Of a stretch of 64,000 bases of DNA, positions 36,953 to 49,313 are shown piece after piece. The first letter of the stretch is position 1, and every line of letters starts with the position of its first letter. The notes beneath the pieces are model-generated. The model worked only from the letters and a program-made list of their open reading frames with translations. It had not been told where the DNA came from and made no database searches. Source of the stretch: an uncultured candidate division Zixibacteria bacterium (GTDB lineage: Bacteria > Zixibacteria > MSB-5A5 > RBG-16-43-9); contig OY970208.1 in assembly GCA_963713865.1 (NCBI GenBank), positions 960,001-1,024,000 of the forward strand, read 5' to 3'. The translations under genes and the position numbers were made by a program.

Positions 36953-39481
36953 ATGATAAGTAAAACCATTTCACATTACAGAATTCTGGATAAGTTAGGG
37001 GAGGGGGGTATGGGTGTGGTCTATAAAGCCCAGGACACCAAGTTAGATAGAATCGTGGCTTTGAAGTTTCTGCCAAAGCATCTTCTGTGTGATGAAGAAG
37101 CCAAGGTCAGGTTTGTTCATGAAGCTAAAGCTGCATCAGCCTTAAATCACACCAATATCACTATGATTCATGAGATTGATGAATTTGAAGGTGAATGTTT
37201 TATAGCAATGGAATATGTGGAGGGAAAATCAATTAAGGAATTGATCAAAGGGAAGGCCCTCTCGATACAAGATATCTTGAACATCTCTATTCAGATCTCA
37301 GAAGGGTTAAATGCTGCTCATAAGAAGGGTATCATTCATCGAGACATTAAGTCAGACAATATAATGCTTACCGCTGATGGTTTGGTCAAGATAATGGACT
37401 TTGGTCTGGCTAAACTCAGAGGCGTGACAAAGATAACCAAGACGGGGTCAACTCTTGGGACGATGCAATATATGTCTCCGGAACAGGTACAGGGGATAGA
37501 GGTTGACCAGCGTTCAGACGTTTTCTCTTTTGGGGTGGTTTTATATGAGATGATTGCTGGTCAGCTTCCCTTTAAAGGGGAGCATGAAGCAGCAATAATC
37601 TATTCGATTTTGAACGAGACCCCAGAGCCATTGGCGCGATATAAATCGGGAGTAAGCACCGAACTCCAGAACATAATCAATAAGGCATTGGCAAAAGACA
37701 AGGGTTTGCGCTATCAGCACGCCGATGAATTGGCGGCGGACTTGAAGCGGTTGACATCTGCGAGCGTTTCCGTCCCCGCCATACGCAGGCGCGGAGTGCG
37801 AGTACTGTTGGCACTGATTGCCGTGCTTGTGCTGATCTCTGTTGCCCTGACCCTCAAACCCTGGCGGATCGTCATTAAGCCATCCGCGGAGACGGCAACT
37901 GGCCTTAAGCGCGTCGTGGTGGTGCCGTTCCAGAATCAAACCGGAGACCCGTCGCTTAATCCTCTGGGGCGGATGGTTGCAGATTGGACCACTCAGAGTC
38001 TCTTGCAGACAGGCTTGGCTGAAGTTATCCCGCCTGAAAGATTGTCCCAGCTTGAAGAAAATAAGAGTGTTGGCGCAATTGCCAGGTCAACCGGCGCAAG
38101 CACGATTGTGACGGGTTCCTATTATAAACTGGGTAATACCATCCAGTTTCAGGCGAAAATCTTGGATGCCAATGGGAAGATTCTTCAGGCAATTGAACCT
38201 ATTACTTCGCAGGCGGCGAAGATAATGGACGGAGTTGAATCTGTGCGGCAACGGGTGCTGGGTGCTCTTGCCATGGTGCTGGATAAACGGCCGGAAGGAG
38301 CTGTAGAGCCAGCATCAAAGCCTCCAACTTACGAGGCGTATCAACAGTTTATCCAGGGACGTGATCTCTTCTTGAAACAGTTCGACTATCCCGGAGCAAT
38401 TGAGTACTTCAAGCGAGCTTACGCCATCGATACATCATTCCTTTCTCCGTTGGAATGGGCTGGTTATGCGTTTGCGAACCTCGGGCAATGGGCACAGGCA
38501 GATTCCCTGGTGCGATTTCTTAATCTGCGCCGTGATCAACTCACTCCTCTTAGACAATTATATCTCGACCACCTTAGCGGTGTGGTTTCACGTGACCGGA
38601 TGAAAGCTCTGAACGCCATGCGAGAAGCAGCCAAGATCGCGCCTGGGTCTATCGATCCTTATGATTGGGGTCGTGCTGCATATGTGATATTTCGCCCTAA
38701 GGAGGCGATCGAGGCGTTCAAGACGGCTAACCAGGAACAACAATGGCTCCCTTATTGGAATTACTTCACTGCTTCATACCACTCTCTGGGGGAGCACGAG
38801 AAAGAGCTCGAAATTGCCAAACAGGCCCGCAAAAGATTCCCGGACTCTTTCGATGCCTTAAATTATGAAGTCCGTGCTCTCGCCGCTCTGGGGAAGATCG
38901 AGGAGGTCAAGAAACGTATTGAAGAAAGTCTTACTCTTACTAAACCCAGTACTGCAGGCACCCCTGGAGGTACCATGAGAACTGCCGGAGAGGAATTGCG
39001 CGCTCACGGGTATGCAGACGCTGCCACGACAAGTTTTGACCAGGCCATTCAATGGTACAGAAGCAGGCCGGCCGAAGAGATGGATTCCCTCCTTCGTTAC
39101 GGCTATGGCCTTACACTGTATGACGCTCGCAGATGGGAGGAGGCAAAGAGCATTTTCGAGGAACTTGCCAAGAAGTTGCCTGACAACATTGAGTATCAGA
39201 GGTATGTTGGTTGTATAGCCGCCCGGCAAGGTAATCGAGAAAAAGCGTTGAAAGTCTCCGAGTGGCTCAAAAACCTGAAGCAACCATATCTTTTCGGTAA
39301 GCATACCTATTACCGTGCCTGTATTGCCGCGATTCTGGGAGAAAAGGACCAAGCTGTTACCCTGTTGAAGGATAGCTTCTTGCAGGGATACGCTTACGGT
39401 CTCTACTTACATACAGACTTTGATTTTGAATCGTTGTGGGATTACCCTCCGTTTACGGAGCTGTTGAAGCCTAAAGGGTAA
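36953..39481 (+). CDS. Hanks-type Ser/Thr protein kinase with TM helix, TolB-like and TPR domains
   Basis: GEGGMGVVY, VALK, HRDIKSDN, DFG, YMSPEQ; start at MISKTISHY by alignment with the paralogue. Confidence 0.9.
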   Translation: MISKTISHYRILDKLGEGGMGVVYKAQDTKLDRIVALKFLPKHLLCDEEAKVRFVHEAKAASALNHTNITMIHEIDEFEGECFIAMEYVEGKSIKELIKGKALSIQDILNISIQISEGLNAAHKKGIIHRDIKSDNIMLTADGLVKIMDFGLAKLRGVTKITKTGSTLGTMQYMSPEQVQGIEVDQRSDVFSFGVVLYEMIAGQLPFKGEHEAAIIYSILNETPEPLARYKSGVSTELQNIINKALAKDKGLRYQHADELAADLKRLTSASVSVPAIRRRGVRVLLALIAVLVLISVALTLKPWRIVIKPSAETATGLKRVVVVPFQNQTGDPSLNPLGRMVADWTTQSLLQTGLAEVIPPERLSQLEENKSVGAIARSTGASTIVTGSYYKLGNTIQFQAKILDANGKILQAIEPITSQAAKIMDGVESVRQRVLGALAMVLDKRPEGAVEPASKPPTYEAYQQFIQGRDLFLKQFDYPGAIEYFKRAYAIDTSFLSPLEWAGYAFANLGQWAQADSLVRFLNLRRDQLTPLRQLYLDHLSGVVSRDRMKALNAMREAAKIAPGSIDPYDWGRAAYVIFRPKEAIEAFKTANQEQQWLPYWNYFTASYHSLGEHEKELEIAKQARKRFPDSFDALNYEVRALAALGKIEEVKKRIEESLTLTKPSTAGTPGGTMRTAGEELRAHGYADAATTSFDQAIQWYRSRPAEEMDSLLRYGYGLTLYDARRWEEAKSIFEELAKKLPDNIEYQRYVGCIAARQGNREKALKVSEWLKNLKQPYLFGKHTYYRACIAAILGEKDQAVTLLKDSFLQGYAYGLYLHTDFDFESLWDYPPFTELLKPKG

Positions 39482-39501
39482 TGGATTGAGTCAATAATAA
39501 C

Positions 39502-42031
39502 ATGATCGGCAAAACAATTTCACATTATAAGATTTTAGAAAAATTAGGGGAAGGGGGTATGGGTGTGGTTTATAAAGCCCAGGATACCAAGCTTGATCGA
39601 ATCGTGGCTTTGAAATTTCTGCCAAAACGTCTTCTGTGTGATACAGAAGCCAAAGAGAGATTTGTGCTTGAAGCCAAAGCGGCATCTGCTTTGAACCATC
39701 CGAATATCACCACCATTCACGAGATAAATGAAGTCGAGGATGAATGTTTTATTGTAATGGAATGTGTTGAAGGCAAGTCTCTCAAAGAGCTATTGAAAGA
39801 AAAAACATTATCTCTGAAAGAAGTTTTAGAAATTGCCAATCAGACAGCAGAGGGATTGAGTGCAGCTCATAAGAAAGAGATAATTCATCGAGACATAAAG
39901 TCTGATAATATTAAGGTCACAGATGAAGGTTCTGGTCAAGATAATGGACTTTGGTTTGGCAAAGCTCAGGGGGGTGTCTGGACTGACCAAAGCAGGAACA
40001 ACCTTAGGGACGATGCAATATATGTCGCCGGAGCAGGTGCAGGGGCTGGAAGTTGACCAGCGTTCGGATATTTTCTCCTTCGGGGTGGTTTTATATGAAC
40101 TGGTAACTGGACAGCTTCCCTTCAGAGGTGAGTATGAAGCAACCATAATCTATTCGATTATAAATGAAACACCTGAGCCATTGTCAAAGCATAGATCAGA
40201 TGTTCCAGAAGGGCTGCAGAAAATTGTGGATAAAACTCTGGAAAAAGATGTAAATCTGCGCTATCAGAATTTGGGAGAGCTTCTTTTAGATTTTGAGAAA
40301 TTGGTCAAGGGGGAAGAAGTTCAAGGAGTGGCTCCAAAGCGAATGAACTGGACATTTATAGGGATTGGAGCTTTAGCAGTTGCTCTGGCTTTTATTTTTT
40401 TGTTGTTTTTTTTGATTTTCAGAATAGCTCCTCGTGTATCTCCAATACCTGCTGTGGCGGTGCTTTATCTGGAAAATTTAGGGGGAAAGATGGATGACTA
40501 TTTCGCGGCTGGGATGACCGAGGCAATAATCACCGATCTATCTAAATTAGGTGGACTGAGGGTATTATCCAGACCAGATGTTGCTCCTTATAAAGGAAAG
40601 GAAATTAACATAAAGGAGCTGGGTAAAAAGCTCAGTGTGGAATATGTCATTGACGGCTCTATCCAGAGGTCCGATCACATGCTGAGGGTCACTTATCAAG
40701 TTATAAAAACCAGGGACGGTTTTCAGGTATGGACAGATAATATCACCAGGGAGTTGACTAGTATTTTCGAGATCCAGGATGAAGTGGCAGAAAGGGTTGC
40801 TTCTGCGCTGAAGGTGAAGTTATCTCTGGTGGAGAAAAAAAGGATTGAGAAAAAACCGACTGGAAGTATCCAGGCTTATGATTATTATTTGAAAGGGATG
40901 GATTATTTCTGGAAAGGGGGTCAGACGAATTTAGACCTTGCTCTGCAGATGTTCGATAAAGCTTTGGAGTTTGATTCTACTTATGCCCTGGCTTATTCCG
41001 GAATTGGTGAAGTTTATGCGACCAAGTATAATAATCAGAGAATTCTGGATTGGCGTGATAAAGCTGAGAAAATGGCAAAGAAAGCCTTAGACTTAGACCC
41101 GGAGTTAGCCGAGGCACATCTGACTTTAGGCCGGGTTTATGATTTTAAGAAGAAAAGTGAATTAGCAATTGATGAATTTAAGAAGGTAATTGAGCTAAAC
41201 CCCAATAGCAATGATGCGTATAGAAGACTCGGCTATGTTTACCTGTATGGGCTTTCTGATCAGAATAAGGCGATTGAGTTTTTTCAGAAAGCCCTTGAAA
41301 TAAGACCGACAGATACCAGAAGCTATCGAGGGTGGGGTTTATCATATTCATACTTTCGGAAATATGATGAGGCCATAAAAGTAATCACAAAGGGATTGGA
41401 AATGGCACCGGATGATATTTACCTTCTCACCTTTCTAGCAGACATATACCGATATCAAAAGAAATTTGATTTGGCTGAGGATGTTTATAAGAAAGCCCTG
41501 AAGTATTATCCGGATGACCCTACCATATCATACTATATCGGTGGTTTGGTCTATTATTCAAAAAAGGAGTATGATAAAGCCATCGAGGTCTTTGAGAAAT
41601 CGATCAAGCAGGGCCAGTCTGAATTTATGGTTTTGGTCAATATCGGAGCTGCTTACTCTCATAAAGGAGATAAGGAAAAAGCTGAGGTTTTCTTCGACTC
41701 CTCCGTTTCTGCATGCAAAAAGGTTTTAGAAAAAGAGCCGCAAAATGCCTCGGCACTTTCACAACTGGGTCTCTCTTATGCATTCTTAGGCAATGAAAAG
41801 GATGCTATAGAAAATGGAAATCTGGCACTAAAAGCTGAACTGAGTCCTGAGCAGGTGTATAATCTGGCGTGGATTTATGCCATCCTTAAAAAGAATGATT
41901 TAACCTTGAAGAGCCTGGAGCAGGCCTGTGAGAAAGACCCATCATATATTGATATAGCTGCTCTGGAACCTGATTTTGAGAAGCTTAAATCTCACCCCAG
42001 ATTTCAAAAACTTCTGAAAAGGAAATATTGA
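39502..42031 (+). CDS. Hanks-type Ser/Thr protein kinase with TolB-like and TPR domains (1-nt frameshift at 39929-39935)
   Basis: Removing one T gives DEGLVKIMDFG, colinear with the upstream kinase; AVLYLEN..DYF..GMTE TolB-like motif; TPRs. Confidence 0.85.
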
Positions 42032-42070
42032 TAATAACATTTCAGTAAAACCATCGACCAAAACAAAATT

Positions 42071-42266
42071 GGGTTCGATAAATCGAACCCCTACCTTCCA
42101 CTTTTGTCCATGAAATGGATCCGTAGGATAGTTGCTTGATTTATCAAGCCCATCTATTCTTTAGAAGAATAGTAATGCGACCCTTTCAGGGTCGCAAAAA
42201 AATATAAGGGCAGGCATCCTGGTAAAACCGGATTTCGCTCTGCTCAACAGATGCCTGCTCCTACGA
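42071..42266. repeat. Cluster of REP-like hairpins between convergent genes
   Basis: GGGTTCGATAAATCGAACCC-CTAC; GCTTGATTTATCAAGC; TGCGACCCT-TTC-AGGGTCGCA; GGGCAGGCATC...GATGCCTGCTCCTAC. Confidence 0.6.
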
Positions 42267-42328
42267 CCTCATTTGATCTTTGTTTTTACTTTTCAACTTT
42301 AGACTGTAGCCTTTAGACTTTTGCCTTA

Positions 42329-45300
42329 TTAGCTACAAGGCGCCAGTCCGCCTTTGAAAAGATAGTTAATTAGATAGATTACATCAGTAACGTTCACCTT
42401 GTCATCGCAGTTGACATCACCCAGGTAAACGGGATTGGGTGCAGGTCCTCCCTTGAACAGGTAATTGATTAAGAAAACCACATCCGAGACTGTTGTTTTC
42501 TTATCTGTATTCGCATCTCCGCGCAGATATTCGATAACTGGATAAGTGTATGTATCAACCTGATCTGGTGGTGGAATTGGGAGATTTTGTGCTAAGGGTT
42601 TATCCTCATTATTATCTAATTTTATGGTTAAAGAATAATAACCCGTATCTGCACCAGGCTCACTTTTAACCTTAACTGTATATTCACCCACTATAGGATT
42701 GGGGATAGTAACTATATCATCCAAATCCAAATCACCGTTTCTATCTATAGTTGTATCATAGGTAGCAAATGGTATAGTATTGAAATCTACTCCGATTGAA
42801 TCCCCATTTGGCGCAGTAACTATTAAATCCACCGGAGAATAGGCAAAATACCACAGAGTCTCCGGAATGCTAGCTACAACAAAGCTCCAACTCTGGGTTG
42901 ACCATCTCACCGCACCCCAGTTATCATATGCTTTCACCTTCCAATAGTATGTATCGTTATTAAGAGTATCTGCAAACTTTGCAAGTGGCAAACTATCATA
43001 TACCACAGTGGAATCAGGGTCAAAACCAGAAACTGTGCTTAGATAAAGGTCGTATCTTATCTGATCACCAAAATTAGGGTCGTAGGCACTTCGCCAGCGA
43101 AAAGTCATAGTGCCAAAAGTGGTATCCCCATCTAAAGGAGAAATAAGCGAAAAAGCCCAAGGAGGCTGATTGGCCGGAGCCTGGGTTAGATTCTTCAGTA
43201 TGGACAAAAAGTCACTGTAAATTTTCGCTACAGCTAAGTCTAGATCGGTGTCTCCATCTAAATCCCCGCAAAAAACATAATAATTTGCGTGTCCAGTCCC
43301 ATAATTGGTCGCATTCTGAAAAGTGCCATCCCCGTTGTTTTTCAATATGGAGACGTTGGTGCTAGATAAGTTTGCCACAGCTAAATCTAAATCATTATCT
43401 CCATCTAAATCTGCACAAAAAGTTGAAACAGCTTCGTTTTCAGCGCCATAGTTAACCGCAGGCTGGAAAGTGCCATCTCCATTGTTTTTTAAGATGGAGA
43501 CATCGTCACTTACCTCATTTGCTACAGCCAAATCCAGATCAAAATCCCCATCTAAATCTGCACAAAAAATATGAAAAGGAGTATCACCCACCCCATAGTC
43601 AACTTTTGTGGGAAAAACTCCGTCACCATTGTTCTTTAAAATGGAAACGTTGTCACCATAAGCGTTTGCCACAGCTAAATCCAGATCAAAATCCCCATCT
43701 AAATCTGCACAAATAACAGACCAAGGACCGCTTCCTCCCGGATAGTTAACCGCAGACTGAAAAGTACCATCACCATTATTTTTCAAAATTGAACCATTAA
43801 CGTCAAATGCGTTAGCAGTAACTAAATCGATATCCGTATCCCCATCTAAATCTCCACCGAAAACAGAACGAGGACGGACTCCAACACTATAGTTGACCGC
43901 ACTCTGGAAAATCCCATCCCCATTGTTTATCAAAATAGAGACATTATTTCCATTATAATTTGCAGTAGCTAAGTCCAGATCACCATCCCCATCCAGATCC
44001 GCACAAAAAATAGAATAGGGAGCATCACCTGCTCCATAGTTGTCTGCATTCTGAAAAGTCCCATCACCATTATTATTCAAAATGGACACATTGTCATCAT
44101 CTGCATTTGATACAGCCAAGTCCAAATCCATATCTCCATCCAGGTCAGCACAAAAAACCGAAGCGGGATCACGCCCTCCTACCCAATAGTCCACCACCGG
44201 GGCAAAGGGTATGGAATCGAACTGGATGTATTTTATGGTGGCGTAGTCCTCTTCTGTCCCCCAACTACATCCTGTAATATAGACATTGTTAGAACCATCT
44301 AATTCTATAGCTTGAGGGGAGTCTAATTGACCTTGAAGGTCAATTAGATAGTTTTCGTAACCATTATGTCCTCCATCATACCTTTTAACCCAAGCAGAAT
44401 CACCATTGAAATAATACTTTATGGTGGCGTAGTCAGCTAATGTGCTGCCTCCGTAGCTTTCTCCAATCACATAGACATTGCCAGAACTATCTACAGTTAT
44501 GTCTTTAGCTTCGTCATACCCGTTTCCCGGTCCATTATATCTTCTGACCCAAGCGGTATCCCCATCAGCATAGTACTTTATAATTGTTATGTCCCAATTT
44601 GTGCCATTACCGATACTATGTCCACTGACATAAACATTGCCAGAAGCATCAATACATAAATTGTAAGCCTTATCTTCGGAGTTTATATCAGAATTATTGT
44701 ACCTTCTTACCCAGACAGTGTCACCGTTTGGCTTATACTTGATAGTGGCGAAGTCATAGTTTGTGGTACTGCTATAACTTAATCCTGTAACATATAGATT
44801 CCCGGAGCTATCAACAGCTATGGCATACGCCTCATCATAAGCGTTTCCCGGCCCATTATATCTTCTTACCCAGGCCGTATCTCCATTAGGATAGTATTTT
44901 ATCGTGGCATAATCCCGTGATGTTCCAATGCCATAACTACATCCAGTCACATACAAATTACCAGAACCATCTACTGCTATGGCGTAAGCATAATCATAAA
45001 AGTTATCCGGGCCATTGTATATTCTCACCCAGGCAGTATCTCCGTTTGGATAATATTTTATGGTGGCATAGTCTCTGTCCATCCCAATGCAACTTTCTCC
45101 TGTTACATATAGATTCCCGGAGCTATCCACCGCTAAGGCATTAGCCCCGTCAATGTTGTTTCCTGGTCCAGTATACCTTCTCACCCAGGCAGTGTCTCCA
45201 TTTGGATAATATTTTATGGTGGCATAGTCATAGGATGTCACACTGCCGTAACTCCATCCTGTCACATATAGATTCCCGGAGCTATCCACAGCTATGGCAT

Positions 45301-45607
45301 ACGCCTCATCATAAGCGTTTCCCGGACCGTTGTATCTTCTCACCCAGGCGGTGTCTCCATCAGGATAATATTTCACAGTGGCATAGTCATAGTCTGTCCC
45401 ACTGCCGTAACTTCTTCCTGTTACATAGACATTACCGGAACCATCTACTGCTATGGCATTAGCATAATCATTGGAGTTTACCGGTCCGTTGTATCTTTTT
45501 ACCCAGGCGGTATCCACATACTGGGCAAAGAGAGGCAGGGTAAAAATGAAGTTATAATTCGACAAGCAGACAACAGCAAAGACAAAAATTAAAAGCAGTT
45601 TCTTCAT
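42329..45607 (-). CDS. Secreted SBBP propeller + FG-GAP/VCBS repeats + FN3-like + dockerin-like protein
   Basis: AIAVDSSGNLYVTG repeats; ADLDGD.DLDLAVAN repeats; YYWKVKA.D; C-terminal GDAN/GDVNCD repeats; start at MKKLL after GGAGGT. Confidence 0.85.
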   Translation of the reverse strand: MKKLLLIFVFAVVCLSNYNFIFTLPLFAQYVDTAWVKRYNGPVNSNDYANAIAVDGSGNVYVTGRSYGSGTDYDYATVKYYPDGDTAWVRRYNGPGNAYDEAYAIAVDSSGNLYVTGWSYGSVTSYDYATIKYYPNGDTAWVRRYTGPGNNIDGANALAVDSSGNLYVTGESCIGMDRDYATIKYYPNGDTAWVRIYNGPDNFYDYAYAIAVDGSGNLYVTGCSYGIGTSRDYATIKYYPNGDTAWVRRYNGPGNAYDEAYAIAVDSSGNLYVTGLSYSSTTNYDFATIKYKPNGDTVWVRRYNNSDINSEDKAYNLCIDASGNVYVSGHSIGNGTNWDITIIKYYADGDTAWVRRYNGPGNGYDEAKDITVDSSGNVYVIGESYGGSTLADYATIKYYFNGDSAWVKRYDGGHNGYENYLIDLQGQLDSPQAIELDGSNNVYITGCSWGTEEDYATIKYIQFDSIPFAPVVDYWVGGRDPASVFCADLDGDMDLDLAVSNADDDNVSILNNNGDGTFQNADNYGAGDAPYSIFCADLDGDGDLDLATANYNGNNVSILINNGDGIFQSAVNYSVGVRPRSVFGGDLDGDTDIDLVTANAFDVNGSILKNNGDGTFQSAVNYPGGSGPWSVICADLDGDFDLDLAVANAYGDNVSILKNNGDGVFPTKVDYGVGDTPFHIFCADLDGDFDLDLAVANEVSDDVSILKNNGDGTFQPAVNYGAENEAVSTFCADLDGDNDLDLAVANLSSTNVSILKNNGDGTFQNATNYGTGHANYYVFCGDLDGDTDLDLAVAKIYSDFLSILKNLTQAPANQPPWAFSLISPLDGDTTFGTMTFRWRSAYDPNFGDQIRYDLYLSTVSGFDPDSTVVYDSLPLAKFADTLNNDTYYWKVKAYDNWGAVRWSTQSWSFVVASIPETLWYFAYSPVDLIVTAPNGDSIGVDFNTIPFATYDTTIDRNGDLDLDDIVTIPNPIVGEYTVKVKSEPGADTGYYSLTIKLDNNEDKPLAQNLPIPPPDQVDTYTYPVIEYLRGDANTDKKTTVSDVVFLINYLFKGGPAPNPVYLGDVNCDDKVNVTDVIYLINYLFKGGLAPCS

Positions 45608-45907
45608 AACACCTCCAATTTTCAAAAAGTAAATTGTTTCTTTTAATATTAATATAACCTCTTTTCTATTTTTTCCAAGAAGTTTTTTGTCTAAATTTTA
45701 GAAAAAATTAGGTTTAATATGTTCTATGGGGTGCGCTGGAGATGTTAATTCAGCATCCATTGGATGCATCCATATCAAATATTTAGGGCAGCCATCCTAG
45801 TAAAACCGGATTTCGCTCTGCTCAACAGGTGCCTGCCCCTGCAACTTCATTTGATCTTTACTTTTTGTTTTTCGACTTTAGACTATAGCCTTTAAACTTC
45901 AGCCTTA

Positions 45908-48900
45908 TTAGCTACAGGGTGCCGGTCCGCCTTTGAACAAATAGTTGATTAAATAAACCACATCGGAAACAGTTGTTTTCCCATCGCAGTTGACGTCACC
46001 CAGGTAGACGGGATTGGGTGCGGGTCCTCCCTTGAACAGGTAATTGATTAAGAAAACCACATCCGAGACTGTTGTCTTTTTATCAGAGTTCGCATCCCCG
46101 CGCAAATATTCGATTACCGGATAAGTGAACGTATTGACCTCTCCTGGTGGTGGAATGGGGAAATTTTGTGCTAAGGGTTTATCCTCATTACCATCTAATT
46201 TTATGGTAAGAGAATAATGACCGGTATCCGCTCCAGGTTCGCTTTTAACTATAACTGAATATTGTCCTATTAAAGGATCAGGTATGGTAACTTTATCCTG
46301 GTCATTGGTTGAATCGTAGGTGGCATCAGGTATGTTGTTGAAATCTATCCCGATTGATCTGCCGATCGGGTCAGTTACTATTATATCAACTGGCGAGTGA
46401 GCTTCAACCCGGAGGGTATCATGTCTGGTATAGCCGCATCTTTTTTGTTTGAGTTGATTGGCAATGGAGTACAAATCTGCTAATCCCTGGTCAGTTACTA
46501 TCAGTGCATATTTCACAGTGACTGCAATAGAAGTATCAGGATTATTAAGTTGAAGAGCTGAGATCAATATTATTATATCCTGAGGAGAAATCGGCTCAAC
46601 TGACCAGCCAGGGGTAAGAGACATATATTTATACAGGGAATCGCCATTATAATCACCACCGAAAGGAGAGACCTGGGTGTAACCGGATAGAACATGGGCA
46701 GAATATGGAGTCCAGGTAGTATCTCCATCTTTGGCCGTATAAAAGAAGAGGATACCTGCATAGTAGTTGTCATATATGCCAGTTCCTTTGATCCAGATCA
46801 GATTCGAGTCAGGATTAAAACCACCTACGTTAGCGGCATATCCATAATTATCTTGCGGGACATCGAAATCCGCTGAAAAGCCGAAATAAGCTGTAGGTAA
46901 AGTAGGCGGTGGTGAGGGGATATTGCACCACCAGGGAGGTGGCGGATTCTTGTGCAGGGTGAGGTATTTTACGATCACTTTCTTCAGCGAATCTGGATGA
47001 GTGAAGAATAAACTGTTTTCCTCAATCGCATACCACCACCAGAACCAGTGATAAGGAGGAGCCAGTATAGTACTGACTGGTGCATAGGTAGAGGTAACTG
47101 CAATCACGGTATCGCTGGAACATCCATTCTCATTTATCTGAAGGGGGGATAAGGGTAAAAAGTCAGTTTGACTCCAGAAGCTTGCCCCTTTCCATCCATA
47201 TCCCGGAATATTGGTGAGTATAACCGGTGAACAGTCATAAAGGTAACCGTGTCCATTATAGAACATCCCGGCATTAATATCTGCATAACGTGTACTACCC
47301 ACATTGGAGACTGCGGTAATAATTCCTCCACTTCCAGTATTAACAGTATTATGTTCAGTCTGGGTGAAACTGTTACTCACTACAAAATGAACTTTTACCC
47401 AGAACGGTATCCACATAGTTTGGTCCTCCTCCCACATAACCGTTATTAGAGACGATTTTTAAACTGTCTATCAGGATGGTATCCTGGAATCCAGCTCCAT
47501 TACAAGTTAGATGAACTATCTGAGGAGAGCCAGCCTCTGCTATGCTGAAATTTGAAGGGGGAATAGATGTTATCCACGAAGGTCCGCTCAACTGCACATA
47601 TAGAGTTGCTGAGCCATCGTTTGAGATCACGATGGAATCAGTATTACTGCTGTTATTCAAGGTTGAGGTCATAAATATATACGGGTAACCCATTTTGGGT
47701 ATGGCTGGGATTAGAGGACGTGGATATTTCAGGTAGCGAACCGGATTATTGGTAAAAGTCCCTTCATTCATAGGGATTCCGCCAGCATCTCTATCATAAA
47801 TATACTGGATATAGAGGAAGATGTCCACCCTCTCGGCGATTGAAGCCCAGTGTTCACTTTCACAATTACCTGGAGTGCATCCGTTTGAATTGGTATTAGT
47901 CAGATTAAGAGAAGCTAAACTCTCTTGGGGTCCTCTCCAGGTCAATCCACCGTTGGAAGAAGCCATAAGACGCAGGTCTCCGTTAGCATATCCACCTGCG
48001 GATATGTCACTATACCAGAATCGGGTATAGACAACATAGAGATAATTATAAGCCGAATCTCCCTCCATATATTCTACCCCTATGGTAGGTTTAGCAATGC
48101 AAAGATTATAGCTACCTGATTCAATCGCTCCGGCATTGAGAGAAGTAACTTTACGAATTCCTGGAAGAGCAGAATTCCAGTGCCATAAAGTAACATCATT
48201 AACATAATCTGACTTAAAAGTTGTCCAGATAATATGCAAGTTGTCATTGTAATCGTAGACTGCGGCAATGTCAGGGTAAGCTCTGTTTATATAGCCATCT
48301 GCTTCATAGTCAGTTACCTGAACCGGAGTTCCCATATCCCCGGCTGTTATCCAGTCATTACCATTGTTTGTAGATTCTAAATACTTAACTTCATTTTGAG
48401 TCGCAGATGTAGCAGTGGTTTGCAGCCATACCACAGCCACCTTCTGAGACACCGGTGAGGTGGCTACAACAGTACCACCCAACCTGCAAATAGTAAATCT
48501 ATAGGGAACTTTATTGGGTACAAGTTTTGTATCTTTGGGGATTAATAGCGGAGAACCCCAGCCGGGAGACACACAGACCAGAGTATCCCAATTACTTGGT
48601 TTCTCAAAGCAGCGAATATATCCTAAATCTCTATTAGCGTCACCTGTAACTTGTTGAGTATGGGTGACATGGATATAGGAAGTATCTCCATTGGTCATCT
48701 TGGAACAAGCCACAGTAGTCCATAACCCTTTTTCTATAAACCCAGCACAGGAATCAGGGATATCAAAAGAGTTGAAATCTCCTGATCCAGGGTAGATATC
48801 TATAGAAAGAGTAGTTCCCCAGAAAGCTCCTGCAGGGGTGATGGGGTAATTACGATGATATCCTAATACTTCCCTGTCATCCGGCAATAAATCCAAACCG

Positions 48901-49313
48901 GTATAGCCACCTCTGCCAGAATCTGGAGTAACATGCATACCACCTGGTGCCAGCCAATCCTGAAAATTCCAGGCATTATAGTCGATATAGCGATTGTAAC
49001 TCATATCCGGGCCAACCAGGTTCATCCAGGTGAAGTGTATGATCCCATCCGTACCATTGGCTATCTGCCGGCGGTTAGCCTGATAATCGTAGTAGGTGTA
49101 ACCTACGGTATCGCCTGTGGCGGGTAATAATACCCTGGGCTTAGGAGTCAAAAGATACCTAGAAACAATGCTTTCATCCGGATATCTTGCCTTTTCTATC
49201 TTTTCCAGTCTCTGAGCCATTTTTTCATAATTCACAGGTTTTTTAGCTCCATAAACATTAAAACTGGATAATAGAAATAAACTCAAGACAAAAACTAAAA
49301 CACTTTTTGCCAT
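45908..49313 (-). CDS. Large secreted propeller/Ig-like protein with dockerin-like C-terminus (1-nt frameshift at 47399-47405)
   Basis: Signal peptide; S.N.G.TW Asp-box-like motifs; removing one base joins the two ORFs as NYVDTVWVKVHF; C-terminal module shared with 42329-45607. Confidence 0.75.

Noticed and set aside
42207-46400. Diversity-generating retroelement template/variable repeat pair
   Set aside because: No reverse transcriptase in the window, both copies are coding gene ends, and the differences do not appear restricted to adenines.
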